From assembly GCA_039585235.1 (NCBI GenBank), contig JBDGWG010000003.1, positions 20,461-84,460 on the forward strand: a stretch of 64,000 nucleotides of DNA, read 5' to 3'. Shown here one piece after another: positions 20,741-29,882 of the stretch (position 1 is its first letter; the number at the start of each line of letters is the position of its first letter). Both the position numbers and the translations under genes were made by a program. The notes beneath the pieces are model-generated. The model did not search any database and had not been told where the DNA came from. It saw nothing but the letters and a program-made list of their open reading frames with translations. This DNA comes from Gemmatimonadota bacterium (lineage in GTDB: Bacteria; Gemmatimonadota; Gemmatimonadetes; Palauibacterales; Palauibacteraceae).

Positions 20741-21796
20741 ATGAAGACACGACTGCGGATTCTGATGCTGGCCGCACTGGTAGCCGGTGGGGCCGTGGGC
20801 TGCGATGAGAGCTCGACCGAGCCCTTATCCGGCGACCCTTTGACCGAGCTCGGTGTCAACGCGGACATGGAGCTCCAGGTCGTCGGAGACGCTGACCTGG
20901 CCGAGGTCCTGATCGACGACATGTCGCTCTCGATGGCGACGCCGATGGACGGACCTCCGTTCGGTTCCGGGCGCGAGTGCTTCCGGGACGCCCGCCAGCT
21001 GCTGCGCGACGGAGACGAGGATGCGGCCCGCACACAGGCACGTGAGTGCCGGATGAACCTGGTTCGTGCCATGCTGGAGCGGCACGGTGAGGCGGCGCTC
21101 GACGAGCTGTTCGGTCGCGTGGAGAGCCTCGTCGAGAGGATAGGGGAGGCCAGCGATGAGTTCGCCCGACTTGCCGACCTCGAGGCGAAATTGCAGGAGC
21201 TGCTCGGGGAAGCGTATGCCCTGCGCGACGGAGGAGACCTCGCGGGGGCGGGGGAGCGTCTGGTGCTGGCTCTCCAGATCGCGGACCGGATGCGGCACCG
21301 GCACCCGGACTTCGACCGTGATCCCGCGGCGGTGGCCCGGCTCGCGATGGCTCGCAGTGGAGAGGCGATTCGCCTCGCCGAGAGACTGATCCTGGAACCG
21401 ACCCTGAAGCAGGAAGTGCTGCTCTTCCGAGCGGCCGAGCTGCGGCGGCGTGCGCAGTTCTCCTTCGAGCACGGCTGGTACCGTCGTGCAGTGGCGCAGG
21501 CACACCGGGCAGAGCAACTGTCCCTGGTGGCCGTCCTGAACGGTGAGCGTCCTACGGTGGAGGATGCCGAGCGACTGCTCGCTCTCGCGGATGAGATGAT
21601 CGCCAGCGCACAGGCAGCCATAGGTGACGCTCCGACGGAGGCGCAGCAGAGGATTCTGGAGCACGCCATCCGTCTGAGAAACCGTGGGGCGGAGGCGATC
21701 AATATGTGGCAGTGGCGGGGTGTGGGACTGCTATGGCGCTCCGCGGTCACGGCGGCTGTACTCATTCCGGACGCTACCCCGACGGATTCCGCCTAG
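20741..21796 (+). CDS. Hypothetical all-alpha-helical lipoprotein (signal peptide plus lipobox AVGC)
   Basis: N-terminus MKTRLRILMLAALVAGGAVGC-DESS. The remainder is Ala/Arg/Glu/Leu-rich and predicted helical. No family recognised. Confidence 0.55.
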   Translation: MKTRLRILMLAALVAGGAVGCDESSTEPLSGDPLTELGVNADMELQVVGDADLAEVLIDDMSLSMATPMDGPPFGSGRECFRDARQLLRDGDEDAARTQARECRMNLVRAMLERHGEAALDELFGRVESLVERIGEASDEFARLADLEAKLQELLGEAYALRDGGDLAGAGERLVLALQIADRMRHRHPDFDRDPAAVARLAMARSGEAIRLAERLILEPTLKQEVLLFRAAELRRRAQFSFEHGWYRRAVAQAHRAEQLSLVAVLNGERPTVEDAERLLALADEMIASAQAAIGDAPTEAQQRILEHAIRLRNRGAEAINMWQWRGVGLLWRSAVTAAVLIPDATPTDSA

Positions 21797-21840
21797 TCGA
21801 GGGCGAAACGACAGCCCGGGAAGTCAGGTCTGGAAGCGAA

Positions 21841-21869
21841 GAGGGGGCGGCGCCACGCGCCGCCCCCTC
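21841..21869. terminator. Bidirectional hairpin between the convergent lipoprotein and HD-GYP genes
   Basis: gagggggcggcgc-cac-gcgccgccccctc perfect 13-bp stem with a 3-nt loop. Confidence 0.55.
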
Positions 21870-21901
21870 CGATGTATGGAACCATGCCTACGGGGAGCGT
21901 C

Positions 21902-23062
21902 TCAGGTGATCGGAAGCTCCGAGTCGCGTAAGGCCCGGGTCACCGTCAGGTCCGGGCGGGCGGCCAGATCGAGAGTATCAGGCGCATCGATCCGCTTCCA
22001 ATCCGCGTCCCACACCAGCTCCACCTTGGGGCGGAGGAGGTTCGACGGGTCGGTCGCCACGACGCGTCCGATCTCACCGGAGCTGATTTGCACGTAGCTG
22101 TCCAGCGGGAACGCCGAGATCTCGTTGACCAGGGCTGAGACCACCTGCGGGGCGAAGTATTCCTCCTGCATGCCGACTACGCGCTCCAGGGCCTCCAGGG
22201 CCGTGAAGGGTGATCGGTACGTGCGCGGGTGGGAAAGAGCTTCAAACACGTCCGCCACGCCGAGGATCCTGGCGATCGGGTCAATATCCCCGTCGAGCAT
22301 GCCATAGGGGTAGCCCTGACCACGGGCCCTTTCGTGCTCCTGGAGCACGGCCCGTTTCAGCCACTCGCAGCGTGGTGCACAGCGCTCCAGGATCTCCGCC
22401 CCGTACACCGGATGTTGCCGGAGAGCCTCCCGTTCCCGCTCGGACCAGGCTCCCTGGTTGCGGAGCATCTCCCGTGGCAGTCGCGCCATTCCGATGTCAT
22501 GGAGCAGGCCGGCATGTATGACATCGACGGTGTCCTGGACGTCCGCCACCATTCCGAGGGAGATCTTGCCCCCAAGCACGGCTACGTTCACGCAATGGCT
22601 GGCCAGGTCATAGCTCTCGTGCGGCTGCAGGCTGCGGTTGACTAGTCCGTTGTCACGCAGGAGGTCAGTGTGCATCCGTTCCGCGAGCGGGCGACCTCGG
22701 TCGATATCCGCGTCCTCCCCCTCGCGAATCAACGCGAGCGTCTCCTCCACGTACTCCCGCGCTTCCTCGTACAGGCTGTTCGGGGCAACGGGGCCGGGCG
22801 AGCGGGCGCGAACCTGTCGATCGCCGGACGCGCCTAGCGCCGTGGATGCCCGGCGAGCCAGTTCGGCAAGAAGCGTCGGGTCGACGGTGGTGAGCACGAG
22901 ATCGTCCGCTCTGAGCTCCTCGGAGAGCTGTTTCAGGCTGTCCGCATATCGCGCGGCCCCGGGGAACCGCTCGAGCGCTTCGCGCAACTCCGGCGTCAGC
23001 TCGGGTTCCCCGAGCAGCACGACCAATCTCCGGTCCCCGGGTTCGCCCATTTCGTCGCTCAT
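21902..23062 (-). CDS. HD-GYP domain cyclic-di-GMP phosphodiesterase-type protein with a degenerate N-terminal receiver-like region
   Basis: HD motif LLHDIGM. HPxxG motif in RQHPVYG. GYP motif GQGYPYG. The N-terminal ~110 aa lack the canonical receiver Asp residues. Confidence 0.82.
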   Translation of the reverse strand: MSDEMGEPGDRRLVVLLGEPELTPELREALERFPGAARYADSLKQLSEELRADDLVLTTVDPTLLAELARRASTALGASGDRQVRARSPGPVAPNSLYEEAREYVEETLALIREGEDADIDRGRPLAERMHTDLLRDNGLVNRSLQPHESYDLASHCVNVAVLGGKISLGMVADVQDTVDVIHAGLLHDIGMARLPREMLRNQGAWSEREREALRQHPVYGAEILERCAPRCEWLKRAVLQEHERARGQGYPYGMLDGDIDPIARILGVADVFEALSHPRTYRSPFTALEALERVVGMQEEYFAPQVVSALVNEISAFPLDSYVQISSGEIGRVVATDPSNLLRPKVELVWDADWKRIDAPDTLDLAARPDLTVTRALRDSELPIT

Positions 23063-23181
23063 TTTGTTCTTTCCAGCGTCGGTTTCGGTTCTCTCTACGG
23101 TGCTTGGCCGATGTACGTGTCCGGGCCGAATAGTGCAAGTTCCGGGCTCGCGCGGCGCCCCGCCGGACTACATGTTGACGC

Positions 23182-23507
23182 ATGCATAGAAGATTCCTGC
23201 TTCTCGGGGCGATCTCGGCGTTCGTCGGCGTAGCGGCGGGGGCCTTTGGTGCACACGGTCTGGAGTCCCGACTGGCGACCGAGTCGGTTGCGGTCTACGA
23301 GACCGGAGTGCGTTACGAACTGATTCACGCTGTGGCACTCCTGTTCACCGGATTGGCAGTAGACCGGCGTCCGCGAACTCGGCGTCGTGACTCCCGTGGG
23401 CGGAGTATGCTTCCTTCTCGGCTGGGCTCTCGCGATCCTGGCCGGGACGCGCTCTGCCTGCGCCGATCATCGCTACGACGCGACGCGGGGCCGCGGGGGT
23501 AAGTGAA
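23182..23507 (+). pseudogene. DUF423 (YgdD/TMEM256-like) membrane protein gene disrupted by an internal deletion and frameshift
   Basis: The N-terminal 60 aa (GAFGAHGL...YELIHAVALLFTGLAV) match DUF423 TM1-2. The C-terminal motif VTPVGGVCFLLGWALAILAG is in a different frame, starting around 23388. About 35 aa corresponding to TM3 are missing between them. Confidence 0.5.
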
Positions 23508-23510
23508 GGA

Positions 23511-24062
23511 TCACAGCCGCGGAGGCGTTACTCCGGTCTGGCCCTGGTACTTGCCCTTCTTGTCTGCGTAGCTCGTCTCGCATGCCTCGTCCGACTCGAA
23601 GAAAAGCACTTGTGCGATGCCCTCGTTTGCGTAGATCCTGGCGGGAAGGGGAGTGGTGTTGCTGATCTCCAGGGTCACGTGGCCCTCCCACTCGGGCTCG
23701 AACGGCGTGACGTTCGTGATGATGCCGCACCGTGCGTAGGTACTCTTTCCCACGCAGATCGTGAGGACGTTACGCGGTATGCGGAAGTACTCCACCGATC
23801 GGGCGAGCGCGAAAGAGTTCGGCGGCACGATGCAGACGTCACCCTTGTACTCGATGAAAGAACGCTCGTCGAAATGCTTCGGGTCTACGACCGGCGAAAG
23901 GGCATTGTGGAAGATCCGAAACTCGTCCGAAACGCGCATGTCGTATCCGTAGCTGGACAGCCCATACGAGATCACTCCCTTCCGGACCTGGTTCTCCGTG
24001 AACGGCTCGATCATTCCTTGCTCACGCGCCAGACGTCGAATCCACCGGTCGGCCTTGATCAT
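23511..24062 (-). CDS. dcd: dCTP deaminase
   Basis: Motifs [18 protein letters not shown] and GIAQVLFF are typical of Dcd. 183 aa. Confidence 0.9.
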   Translation of the reverse strand: MIKADRWIRRLAREQGMIEPFTENQVRKGVISYGLSSYGYDMRVSDEFRIFHNALSPVVDPKHFDERSFIEYKGDVCIVPPNSFALARSVEYFRIPRNVLTICVGKSTYARCGIITNVTPFEPEWEGHVTLEISNTTPLPARIYANEGIAQVLFFESDEACETSYADKKGKYQGQTGVTPPRL

Positions 24063-24075
24063 AGTCTGTCTCTTC

Positions 24076-24924
24076 CTATTCCCCTGGGCAGATTTCCGCC
24101 AAGAGTTCCTCGACGGTCGCCGCGATCTCCGTCGCCCGCTCCTCTGGAACCGAATGTCCGCAGCCCGAAGACAGCTGGAAGGTGCCTCCCAGGCGGTCAG
24201 CCCACCTGCGCGCCGAGTCCGGGCGCACGCGTCGGTCCTCAGAGCCCGCTACGACGCTGACCGGCATGCCGGCGCGCCGGCCCCAGCGTTCCAGCTCAGC
24301 CGGATCCCAGTCCGACAGAATCCGTGGCAGCCCGGCGGCCCGGCCAGCGTCACGCCACGGGTCGGCGTATCGGGCGATCAAATCTGCTGAAATCGCGCTC
24401 CGGTCGGCGAACACGCGCCGGACGAGCATATAGCGCGTGAGCGGCCGGCGGAAGAGCCTCACAGCCGGCGAAACCCAGGTCCGCACAGTTAAGTGTCGCA
24501 GGGCGGCCAGTAGCGCTGGACGTGTCAGGTCCGGCGTCACGGGATTGACCAGCAGAAGGCCTCGGGCGTTGACCTGGGACGCGGCGGCAATTGCGATCGC
24601 CGCTCCGTGAGAGTGTCCGGCGAGCAATGGACGGGCCACCCCCACGGCGGACAGAACAAGGCGCAGCCGCCGAACCTCCGACACCAGGTCATATCGGGCG
24701 TTCGGGGACGCATCCGACTCCCCGCGACCCAGCAGGTCGACGAGCAGGAACCTTCGGCGGTGGGCCAATCGCTCGGCTACTGGCAGCCAGGTCGCCCGAT
24801 TCGCGCTCAGGCCGTGCAGGCACACGACAACCGGGCGAGCCTCTTCAGGTCCCCGGAACTCTGCTGCCATTCGACCATCGGGCGTGCGGACCCGGATGAC
24901 CTCTTGTCCCGGAACGCCTGCCAT
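24076..24924 (-). CDS. Alpha/beta-fold hydrolase
   Basis: Oxyanion-hole region HGLSAN and nucleophile elbow GHSHG. The start is assigned to the internal Met (MAGVPG...) because the upstream extension overlaps the nuoA promoter region. Confidence 0.72.
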   Translation of the reverse strand: MAGVPGQEVIRVRTPDGRMAAEFRGPEEARPVVVCLHGLSANRATWLPVAERLAHRRRFLLVDLLGRGESDASPNARYDLVSEVRRLRLVLSAVGVARPLLAGHSHGAAIAIAAASQVNARGLLLVNPVTPDLTRPALLAALRHLTVRTWVSPAVRLFRRPLTRYMLVRRVFADRSAISADLIARYADPWRDAGRAAGLPRILSDWDPAELERWGRRAGMPVSVVAGSEDRRVRPDSARRWADRLGGTFQLSSGCGHSVPEERATEIAATVEELLAEICPGE

Positions 24925-25025
24925 GCTCTCTTGTGTCACACGGCCCCGCAAGCTACTTGTCGACCTGCCGGAAACGCTTGAAATGACAGCAGAATAGCGT
25001 GTTCTATGGGGCCGCGCTCGTGTTC

Positions 25026-25055
25026 TTGACGCCTCGTCGCAGACCGGGCTATTAT
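25026..25055 (+). promoter_or_regulatory. Candidate sigma-70-type promoter of the nuo operon
   Basis: TTGACG, an 18-bp spacer, then TATTAT, 44 bp upstream of the nuoA ATG. Confidence 0.4.
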
Positions 25056-25065
25056 CGGCGCGATT

Positions 25066-25081
25066 CGTGAACAAATTCACA
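25066..25081 (+). promoter_or_regulatory. CRP/FNR-family-like palindromic operator cGTGA-N6-TCACa downstream of the candidate nuo promoter
   Basis: Perfect inverted repeat GTGAA-caaa-TTCAC in the AT-richer nuoA leader. Confidence 0.3.
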
Positions 25082-25098
25082 AACGGCCTGGACAGGCG

Positions 25099-25455
25099 AT
25101 GAAGCAGGCATACCTCGGCGTCGTGGTACTGTTCGTAGTCGGCTTGCTCACCTCGGGCATGTTCCTCTTGCTATCCCACCTGGCGAGCGCCTATCGGCCT
25201 ACGGCCGTCAAGGCGATGCCGTATGAGTCCGGGATCGACCCCCTGGGTGACACGAGGGAGCGGTATTCAGTCAAGTTCTACATTGTGGCGATGCTGTTCA
25301 TCGTGTTCGACATCGAGACGATCTTCTTCCTGCCCTGGGCCGTGATCTTCCGAGACCTTGGACTCTTCGGATTCATCGAGATGTTCATCTTCATCTTCGT
25401 CCTCGCCGTGGGGCTGGCCTACGCGTGGAAGAAGGGTGCGCTGGAGTGGGACTGA
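25099..25455 (+). CDS. nuoA: NADH-quinone oxidoreductase subunit A
   Basis: 118 aa with three TM helices. Motif YESGIDP...ERYSVKFY is typical of NuoA/ND3. Confidence 0.9.
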   Translation: MKQAYLGVVVLFVVGLLTSGMFLLLSHLASAYRPTAVKAMPYESGIDPLGDTRERYSVKFYIVAMLFIVFDIETIFFLPWAVIFRDLGLFGFIEMFIFIFVLAVGLAYAWKKGALEWD

Positions 25456-25458
25456 CGA

Positions 25459-26160
25459 ATGGCCGATGAGCGAAGGAGGCTTCCGACAGTAGACCCGACG
25501 GGCGGGGACATGGACACGGGAGTTCCCGCGTCGTGGATCACTACCAAGGTAGATGCGGTCGTCAACTGGTCGCGTCGTAATTCGCTGTGGCCGATGCCGC
25601 TCGGAACGGCGTGTTGCGCTATCGAGATGATGGCATCGGCGGGCTCCAAGTACGATATCGCTCGCTTTGGTGCCGAGCGTTTTTCGTTCAGTCCGCGCCA
25701 GGCCGACCTCATGATCGTGGCGGGACGCGTGACCTACAAGATGGCGCCGATCCTCAGGCGGATCTGGGACCAGATGCCGCAGCCCAAGTGGTGCATCTCT
25801 ATGGGGGCGTGCGCCAGCTCGGGCGGGATGTTCGACAACTACACGATCGTGCAGGGGATAGACCAGATCGTACCGGTCGATGTCTACGTTCCGGGGTGTC
25901 CGCCGCGGCCGGAGAGCCTTCTGTACGGCCTCATGATGATTCAGGAGAAGATCAAGGGAGAGTCCGTGTTCAACGCGGTCCACCGGGACGAGAGCCCGGA
26001 CTCCGTGGGCCAGCCAAACCTGCCGCCGGAGGCGATCGAGCTCGTGGCGCAGCCGTTCGGAAACTCCACACGGCAGAATCGAATCAGCGGTGTCGAGCGT
26101 TCCTCAGCCGTTTTCCGTCCCAGAGATCGCCGCGAGCGTCTCCTGGAGCACGAGGACTGA
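25459..26160 (+). CDS. nuoB: NADH-quinone oxidoreductase subunit B
   Basis: N2 cluster cysteines [10 protein letters not shown]...GACASSGG...VPGCPPRP. Confidence 0.92.
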   Translation: MADERRRLPTVDPTGGDMDTGVPASWITTKVDAVVNWSRRNSLWPMPLGTACCAIEMMASAGSKYDIARFGAERFSFSPRQADLMIVAGRVTYKMAPILRRIWDQMPQPKWCISMGACASSGGMFDNYTIVQGIDQIVPVDVYVPGCPPRPESLLYGLMMIQEKIKGESVFNAVHRDESPDSVGQPNLPPEAIELVAQPFGNSTRQNRISGVERSSAVFRPRDRRERLLEHED

Positions 26161-26163
26161 GCC

Positions 26164-28005
26164 ATGTCTTCAGCCGTTACACGACCAGTACCCGACCTTG
26201 TGATCGGCGCGGAGCTGCCCGCTGACCCGGAGCAGGATCCGTCGGTCGGGGCGCTGCGGAACCGGTTCGGCGAGGCGATCCGCGAGGTCCGCAGCGATGC
26301 GGTCGGCACGCCGGTGATCACGATTGAACCGGCTCGAGTCCACGAGACGCTGCACTTCCTGAAGACGGAGCCAGGTCAGGAATACGACCTGCTGCTCGAC
26401 GTGATGGGCGCTGATCCGGGCGGCGGCCTGGTGATCCAGGTGTGGTACCAGCTGTGGTCCCTGAAGCGCGGTCGCCTCCTGCGGCTCCTGGTACTCCTGC
26501 CGAGGTCGGAGCTGTCCGTCCAGAGCGTCGCGGACCTGTACGGAGCGGCCGATTGGCTCGAGCGCGAAGTCTACGACATGTACGGTGTGCAGTTCGACGG
26601 GCATCCCGACCTCCGACGCATCCTGATGCCGGAGAACTATGACGAGGGATTTCCGCTCAGGAAGGACTTTCCGCTCCGCGGTCGCTTTACGCGGTCCGAG
26701 CAGGTCCGGCGGGCCCTCAATCGGTCGACGGAAGATGTTTATGCGCGCGAGGAGCTCGCGCTGGCCGGCGCTCTGGAAGTGGACCCTCACTCGCCGGACA
26801 TCGACGCTCCGGATGAGTCGGACGGGGAGGATCATCTCGGCGGCCAGAAGATGGTCATCAACATGGGACCGCAGCACCCAGCGACGCACGGCGTGCTTCG
26901 TCTCGTGTTGCAGCTGGACGGCGAGACTGTCATCCGCTGCATCCCTCACATTGGCTACCTCCATACGGGTTTCGAAAAGACGTGCGAGTACCGCGAGTGG
27001 AACCAGGTGATCCCCTACACGGACCGGATGGACTACCTGGCGCCCATGCTCTACAACATCGGCTACGTCCAGGCCGTCGAGAGCCTGCTCGGTCTTGAGA
27101 TCACGTCCCGGTGCCGCGTCGTGCGCCTCATCCTGAGTGAATTGAACCGGATTCTCGGTCACCTGCTGTGGTTGGGCACAGGGGCGATGGACATCGGCGC
27201 GACGACGGTGTTCCTGTATACGTTCCAGGAGCGCGAGCGTATCTACAATCTCCACGAGGCCTATTGCGGCGGACGAATCACCACTTCAGTGACCCGTGTC
27301 GGAGGCATGCTCGCGGACCTGCCCGCCGGGTGGCTCGAGGCCTGCCGGGAGTTCGTCAACGGCCTGCCTGCGACCCTCGACGAGGCCGAGCGACTGCTCA
27401 CGCGAAACTCGATCTGGCAGGCTCGGATGATCGACGTCGGGGTGATCGACGCCGAGACCGCTCTGGACCTCGGGCTCACGGGGCCGAACCTTCGGGGCAG
27501 TGGCGTGGCGTACGACGTTCGGAAGGCTCGTCCCTACCTCGGATACGATGAGTACGACTTTGACGTGCCCGTGGGCGAAGTGGGCGACACGTACGATCGC
27601 TACCTTGTGCGCCTGGAGGAAATGCGCCAGAGCGCGAGGATCATCCAGCAGGCCCTGGACAGGGTGCCGGCCGGCCCGATCAACGTACAGGACCCGGCCG
27701 TGATCCTGCCCGACAAGAGCGAGGCGATGTCCTCGATCGATGCGATGATCTCTCACTTCAAGCTCGTTATGGAGGGCCTGCAGGTTCCGGCGGGCGACGT
27801 GTGGTACTCGATCGAGGCCACGAAAGGCGAGCTCGGCTTCGGGCTCATTTCCGACGGTGGGTCCAAGCCCGTTCGTTGCCGGTTCCGCGGTCCGTCGTTC
27901 GTGAACCTCGCCTCGCTGCCGCACCTGGTGGAAGGCGGGCTCGTGTCAGACGTCATCGCGTGCAATGCGTCGATCGACATAGTCCTGGGCGAGATTGACA
28001 GATGA
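26164..28005 (+). CDS. nuoCD: NADH-quinone oxidoreductase fused subunits C/D
   Basis: 613 aa. NuoC domain motif EREVYDMYGVQFDGHPDLRRI. NuoD domain motifs MVINMGPQHPATHGVLRL and DIVLGEIDR. Confidence 0.9.
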   Translation: MSSAVTRPVPDLVIGAELPADPEQDPSVGALRNRFGEAIREVRSDAVGTPVITIEPARVHETLHFLKTEPGQEYDLLLDVMGADPGGGLVIQVWYQLWSLKRGRLLRLLVLLPRSELSVQSVADLYGAADWLEREVYDMYGVQFDGHPDLRRILMPENYDEGFPLRKDFPLRGRFTRSEQVRRALNRSTEDVYAREELALAGALEVDPHSPDIDAPDESDGEDHLGGQKMVINMGPQHPATHGVLRLVLQLDGETVIRCIPHIGYLHTGFEKTCEYREWNQVIPYTDRMDYLAPMLYNIGYVQAVESLLGLEITSRCRVVRLILSELNRILGHLLWLGTGAMDIGATTVFLYTFQERERIYNLHEAYCGGRITTSVTRVGGMLADLPAGWLEACREFVNGLPATLDEAERLLTRNSIWQARMIDVGVIDAETALDLGLTGPNLRGSGVAYDVRKARPYLGYDEYDFDVPVGEVGDTYDRYLVRLEEMRQSARIIQQALDRVPAGPINVQDPAVILPDKSEAMSSIDAMISHFKLVMEGLQVPAGDVWYSIEATKGELGFGLISDGGSKPVRCRFRGPSFVNLASLPHLVEGGLVSDVIACNASIDIVLGEIDR

Positions 28006-28565
28006 CCGATTCCGGGGATCAAGTGAACAAACCCATGCACCCGGCGGCGGCGAGCTCACAGCCTTTCCAGGTAGCGGATATCAGGCCGACCGAGCGGCTG
28101 TTTGAGGATTCCGAGGGTCGCGACCGCCTGGAGAAGGCCGTGAGCCGATATCCGGAGAAACGGGCGGCCCTCCTGCCGATGCTCGGTTACGCCCAGGAAA
28201 GAAACGGCTGGGTTTCGGACGAGAGCATGGAGGAAATCGCGGACGCGCTGGATCTCACCCCCGCCTACGTCCGATCGGTGGCCACCTTCTACACGATGTA
28301 TCACAAGCACCCGGTCGGTCGCCACCTGATCCAGGTGTGCACCTGCATCTCGTGTCACCTGCTGGAGGCCGAGGAGGTGTTCGAGCGCTTCCTTGCGGAG
28401 ACCGGCACACGGGCCGGTGAGATCTCGGCGGACGGAAAGTACACCGTGATCGAGGCGGAATGCCTCGGCGCGTGTGGATTTGCCACGGCGGTCCAGGTCA
28501 ACGATCGCTATTTCGAAAACGTGACGCCGGATCAGGTTCCGGCGATCCTGGACGAATTGGACTAG
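28002..28565 (+). CDS. nuoE: NADH-quinone oxidoreductase subunit E
   Basis: 2Fe-2S thioredoxin-like fold with cysteines in VCTCISCHL and ECLGACGFA. Confidence 0.88.
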   Translation: MTDSGDQVNKPMHPAAASSQPFQVADIRPTERLFEDSEGRDRLEKAVSRYPEKRAALLPMLGYAQERNGWVSDESMEEIADALDLTPAYVRSVATFYTMYHKHPVGRHLIQVCTCISCHLLEAEEVFERFLAETGTRAGEISADGKYTVIEAECLGACGFATAVQVNDRYFENVTPDQVPAILDELD

Positions 28566-28579
28566 GCGGGCGACAACCG

Positions 28580-29851
28580 ATGGGGTACCCGTACAGCCAC
28601 GATCTGGAAACAAGCACACTCCTCTCCCGCCACTTCGGGGATGAGAAGGCGCGTACGCTCGCCGGTTGGAGAGAGCTGGGCGGCTACGCGACGCTCCCGG
28701 AGGCGCTGGAGATGGAGCCCGACAGGATCACCGAAGTGGTGAAGAACTCGGGATTACGCGGACGGGGAGGCGCCGGCTTCCCCACCGGCGTGAAGTGGAG
28801 CTTCATGCCGCAGGAACCGGACGGTCCCCATTACCTGTGCTGCAATGCGGACGAGAGTGAACCGGGGGCCTTCAAGGATCGGGAGATCCTCCGTTGGGTG
28901 CCGCACCTGTTGATCGAGGGATGTCTGATCGCCGCCCGTGCCATCCGGGCCCAGCACGTCTACATCTACGTGCGCGGGGAGTTCTTCCCGTTCAGCGGAA
29001 TCCTGCGCGATGCCGTCGTTGAGGCCTACGAAGGCGGTTACGTTGGGGAGAACATCCTCGGCAGTGGCTGGAGCTGCGACGTAACCGTCCACCTCGGGGC
29101 TGGGGCGTACATCGCGGGTGAAGAGACCGGACTCATGAGCTCGCTGATGGGCGGGCGCGCCGAGCCGTGGATCAAGCCTCCGTTCCCGGCGCAGTCCGGA
29201 GCGTTCGGGCGGCCGACGACGGTGAACAACGTCGAGACCCTGGCGGCCGTGCCCATGATCCTGCAGGAGGGGGCCGACTGGTACCGTCAGTGGGGAACCG
29301 AGAAGAGCCCGGGCACCAAGCTGTGGTGCTGCTCCGGCCACCTCGTCAGGCCCGGCACCTATGAGCTTCCTCTAGGCATCGCGCTCAAGAACGTGGTCTA
29401 CGATGTGTGCGGTGGCGCGCCGAACGGAAAGAAGATCAAGGCGGTCATTCCCGGAGGGTCATCCACCGCGATGCTGACGGCCGACGAGCTGGACTGCGAG
29501 AGCACGTACGAGGGAATGATTGAAGCCGGTACGGCGCTCGGAACGGCCTCGCCCATCGTCATGAACGAAGATACGAACATCGTTCGGGCGATGCGCCGCA
29601 TAGCCCAGTTCTATGCCCACGAGTCATGCGGGCAGTGCGTGCAGTGCCGCGAGGGCACATCCTGGACCGCGGAAATCCTTCACCGGATCGAGGGAGGGGA
29701 GGGGACGCCCGAGGATATCGACACCCTGTACCACCTGTGTGAGCAGATGACGGGTCGCACGATCTGCCCACTGGCGGACAGCGTCGTTTTCCCTTTGCGC
29801 TCCTCGCTCGACAAGTTCCGGGACGAGTACGAGGCACTGATCAGAAGTTGA
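28580..29851 (+). CDS. nuoF: NADH-quinone oxidoreductase subunit F
   Basis: FMN/NADH-binding motif GRGGAGFPTG. 4Fe-4S motif ESCGQCVQCREG. The start is taken at the internal ATG, downstream of the nuoE stop. Confidence 0.9.
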   Translation: MGYPYSHDLETSTLLSRHFGDEKARTLAGWRELGGYATLPEALEMEPDRITEVVKNSGLRGRGGAGFPTGVKWSFMPQEPDGPHYLCCNADESEPGAFKDREILRWVPHLLIEGCLIAARAIRAQHVYIYVRGEFFPFSGILRDAVVEAYEGGYVGENILGSGWSCDVTVHLGAGAYIAGEETGLMSSLMGGRAEPWIKPPFPAQSGAFGRPTTVNNVETLAAVPMILQEGADWYRQWGTEKSPGTKLWCCSGHLVRPGTYELPLGIALKNVVYDVCGGAPNGKKIKAVIPGGSSTAMLTADELDCESTYEGMIEAGTALGTASPIVMNEDTNIVRAMRRIAQFYAHESCGQCVQCREGTSWTAEILHRIEGGEGTPEDIDTLYHLCEQMTGRTICPLADSVVFPLRSSLDKFRDEYEALIRS

Positions 29852-29882
29852 GACACGAGCCATATCGAGGAATCGCCGACGG

